The notes below the pieces were generated by a model. It had not been told where the DNA came from, ran no database searches, and saw only the letters and a program-made list of their open reading frames with translations. A program made the translations under genes and the position numbers. Source: Elainellaceae cyanobacterium (GTDB lineage: Bacteria; Cyanobacteriota; Cyanobacteriia; CAZCXK01). From it: a stretch of DNA of 19,579 nt. The stretch covers positions 1 through 19,579 of the forward strand of contig JBNPEG010000155.1 of assembly GCA_051117555.1 (NCBI GenBank), in the 5' to 3' direction. This document shows positions 17,586 to 19,579 of this stretch, in pieces; the first letter of the stretch is position 1, and each line of letters begins with the position of its first letter.

Positions 17586-17972
17586 ATGACAATCGATTTC
17601 CTCGTATTTAGAATCGGAATCGACATGACCTATTTGGCGGGAGCCGCGCTGTGGGCGTTAGCTCTCTATCTAGGATTTTCTCCCGTGGGCGATTGGGTGA
17701 CTAAACAACTCAATCGATGGTTTAACTTTGCCGAGCGGTTTCTCTACATTTCCGCCGCAGAATTTGAGCGGACTCGCAAAGGGCGAGAATCTCAAAACGC
17801 TTTTTTGGCGTCGCTGTTCAGTATTGTCCCGTTTCTGATCGTGGGTGGCTTAGTTGACTATGGCGTTGAAAGAGGGCTTGGGCAGAGTTGGGCGATTAGC
17901 GTCGGGATTCTGGCATGTGTCGGGTGTGGCATATACGAGCTAGGACGACGGACAAGCGATTCGGCAGATTGA
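17586..17972 (+). CDS. Conserved cyanobacterial small membrane protein, function unknown
   Basis: Three hydrophobic helices; motifs LWALALYLGFS, RWFNFAER.LY.S..EFERTR..RESQNAF.AS and G.YELGR recalled from cyanobacterial hypotheticals. Confidence 0.8.
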   Translation: MTIDFLVFRIGIDMTYLAGAALWALALYLGFSPVGDWVTKQLNRWFNFAERFLYISAAEFERTRKGRESQNAFLASLFSIVPFLIVGGLVDYGVERGLGQSWAISVGILACVGCGIYELGRRTSDSAD

Positions 17973-17989
17973 GAGAGTAGGTGTCATCT

Positions 17990-18011
17990 AAATGCGCCAG
18001 AAATGCGCCAG
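17990..18011. repeat. Perfect tandem repeat AAATGCGCCAG x2
   Basis: Direct reading, in a 46-bp convergent spacer. Confidence 0.75.
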
Positions 18012-18018
18012 CGTGTTT

Positions 18019-19350
18019 TTATCCCGTCCCCTTTTGCATCTCTTCTTCGACAATCTGCGCCAATCGCATGGCGGCTCCGGGTTTTCCTCTGATGCTTCTG
18101 AGGCGATCGCCTACTTGCTCTAACACCTCAGGATGGTTCAGCCAGTTGAGTGCAAAGGTGGCAATTTCGCTAGGGTCTAGATGACCTACAAACTCAGGCA
18201 CAATGGCTTCGCCAGCCCAAATATTGGGCCACGCCAGCAGTCGGGATTTCCGTAGAAACCAGCCGTTGATTAGGCGGGCAAAGGCAGATCCTATGCCAGG
18301 GAGATTAGCCAAAAGCCCTGGAATTCCATCCCAGGCGCGCATGGCATCAAGCTGTTGGGTTGGCAACAGCACCAACATCGGAACCGCAAGGGAGCCAAGT
18401 TCAGCCGTATTAGCGCCTACGGTTGTTAAACAGAGATCACACTGAGCTAACATCTCGTACGCTGGAAACTCCGTCCACAGCCTAATTTGCAAATCATCCG
18501 ACGTTTTTAGATAAGCGCCATCGGCATCACTGACCAATGTGGCAGAGATTGCGCCAAAAAATCGAGCAACTGGATTGTGATCGGGATTGGCAAATTGTGC
18601 CAACGTCTGGATATCTAGAGTCGGTGCGACTGGGATGATAAATCGCGTTTCCGGCAAGGCATGCGAAATCTGCTGGGCGATCGCCAAGGTTAGGGGTACG
18701 CCCTGGGCAAGCTTGGCAGGTTTAGACCCTGGAAGAAGGCCGATTAGGTGGGAGCAAGAGGCGATGTCAGATCGATTGAAGTCTTGATAGTCTTCCAGAT
18801 TTTTAGATGCCGTGCTGCGGGATTCTCGCTCATCAGGCTGATCGAGCTGATTGACGTGATGGCTGCCTACATCTGCCATCAAATCGCCAACCACTGAAAA
18901 TTTGTGGGCATATCGGTTAGGAGCCTGCTTAGCCAGCTCTGGATTCATCACGGCGTAGCGATCGCCCCACGAGTGCCAGCGGGTTTCCCATTCGCCATAG
19001 ATGACGGTGCGATATCCCAGGCGTTTGCCGATGATGATGGGATAAATCTGATCGCCTCCTAGAAACACAACAACGCCGCGATCGCGCCAGTCCCAATCTT
19101 CCGAGGTGGTGCCAAACAATAAGAATGGGAAAAAATATTGAGCTGCTTGAATGCGATCGAGTTCGGGATAGCTCTGGGCGATCGCCACTTCTTTGCCGCT
19201 CGCATTCGGGCATGGAGAGAGAATGAGTGATATGCGAATCTGGTGGCGATCGGTGCTGAGGTGTTGTCTGAGAGCGTTGGCGACGGGTCTAACCCACGTT
19301 GTGATTTCACCCGGACCATTCGACAGCAGTAAAATATCAGCAGACAGCAT
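18019..19350 (-). CDS. Lipid-A-disaccharide synthase (LpxB)-related protein, cyanobacterial type
   Basis: DILLLSNGPGE..TWVRPV, FLGGDQ, VVGDLM, IGLLPGSK, TTVGANTAEL, LAWPNIWAGEAIVPE. Start ATG 19350; the longer ORF extension runs through a repeat element. Confidence 0.85.
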   Translation of the reverse strand: MLSADILLLSNGPGEITTWVRPVANALRQHLSTDRHQIRISLILSPCPNASGKEVAIAQSYPELDRIQAAQYFFPFLLFGTTSEDWDWRDRGVVVFLGGDQIYPIIIGKRLGYRTVIYGEWETRWHSWGDRYAVMNPELAKQAPNRYAHKFSVVGDLMADVGSHHVNQLDQPDERESRSTASKNLEDYQDFNRSDIASCSHLIGLLPGSKPAKLAQGVPLTLAIAQQISHALPETRFIIPVAPTLDIQTLAQFANPDHNPVARFFGAISATLVSDADGAYLKTSDDLQIRLWTEFPAYEMLAQCDLCLTTVGANTAELGSLAVPMLVLLPTQQLDAMRAWDGIPGLLANLPGIGSAFARLINGWFLRKSRLLAWPNIWAGEAIVPEFVGHLDPSEIATFALNWLNHPEVLEQVGDRLRSIRGKPGAAMRLAQIVEEEMQKGTG

Positions 19351-19371
19351 CAAGATATATCCGTCAATGAA

Positions 19372-19455
19372 TATAGCGATCCTAAATCGCTTGTGAATTG
19401 TGTGTGAGCGGTGGGGCGGGCAGCCACCGCTCACAACCCATCTGGGATTGCTATA
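19372..19455. mobile_element. 84-bp MITE-like element with 25-bp imperfect terminal inverted repeats and an internal GC-rich hairpin
   Basis: Left end TATAGCGATCCTAAATCGCTTGTGA (19372-19396); reverse complement of right end TATAGCAATCCCAGATGGGTTGTGA (19431-19455); 20/25 identical. Internal perfect 12-bp stem TGTGAGCGGTGG/CCACCGCTCACA (19403-19435). Flanked by a direct repeat. Confidence 0.8.
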
Positions 19456-19579
19456 TATCCGTAAATGAATATTCATTTGAATATTCTGAATAATAGTTCT
19501 GAATCACATGAATCCTAACCGGATAAGTTTAAGGTAGCTCTCTATTACCAAATTCAAAGAATACCAGGTTCAAACAATT

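Larger units (their letters stand above)
225..19185. repeat. Dispersed HIP1 octamers (GCGATCGC), about 30 copies
   Basis: Manual count, with examples at about 225, 1575, 2373, 3039, 4270, 4987, 5370, 6675, 6796, 7616, 9669, 10564, 12659, 14803, 15664, 15680, 18103 and 19178. Roughly 1.5 per kb, a hallmark of many cyanobacteria. Confidence 0.95.

Noticed and set aside
18740..18870. Polar insertion in the LpxB-like protein as an intein or mobile insert
   Set aside because: Only about 35-40 aa, no splice motifs, and it sits at the GT-B interdomain linker where length variation is expected.
19351..19476. N-terminal extension of the LpxB-like ORF
   Set aside because: It is a chance open frame through the MITE-like element.
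1..19579. CRISPR array, cas, retron, toxin-antitoxin or other defence system
   Set aside because: No regularly spaced repeat-spacer units and no nuclease, reverse transcriptase or recombinase motifs in any ORF. The periodicity in 15576-16706 is protein-level TPR repeat.

Overview
Chromosomal window from a filamentous-type cyanobacterium, judged from about 30 HIP1 GCGATCGC octamers (manual count) and cyanobacterial gene families. In order, it holds a LysR/EamA pair apparently fused back-to-back at a single HIP1 site with both 5' parts missing, a family-4 uracil-DNA glycosylase, and a hormogonium-polysaccharide (hps) cluster (hpsL-hpsN-[atypical GT4]-hpsP). These are followed by serS, a YqaE/Pmp3 peptide, FurC/PerR-like regulator, CRR6 factor, HAMP-PAS histidine kinase, stand-alone receiver protein, GmhB-like phosphatase, GT9 protein, ispD, secreted TPR protein, YbjQ, a small membrane protein and an LpxB-like protein with a MITE-like element just upstream. 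Most of this is core genome, and I see no CRISPR array, tRNA, rRNA, transposase or defence island. The best leads are (1) the apparent HIP1-to-HIP1 deletion, (2) a beta-clamp-type motif on the UDG, (3) a non-HpsO glycosyltransferase in the hpsO slot, (4) homologues of two plant NDH factors (CRR6 and PnsB1/NDF1-like GT9) close together beside a Zn-less GmhB-like enzyme, and (5) an 84-bp TIR element with an unusually long flanking direct repeat. Family assignments come from motif recognition and memory, not database searches.
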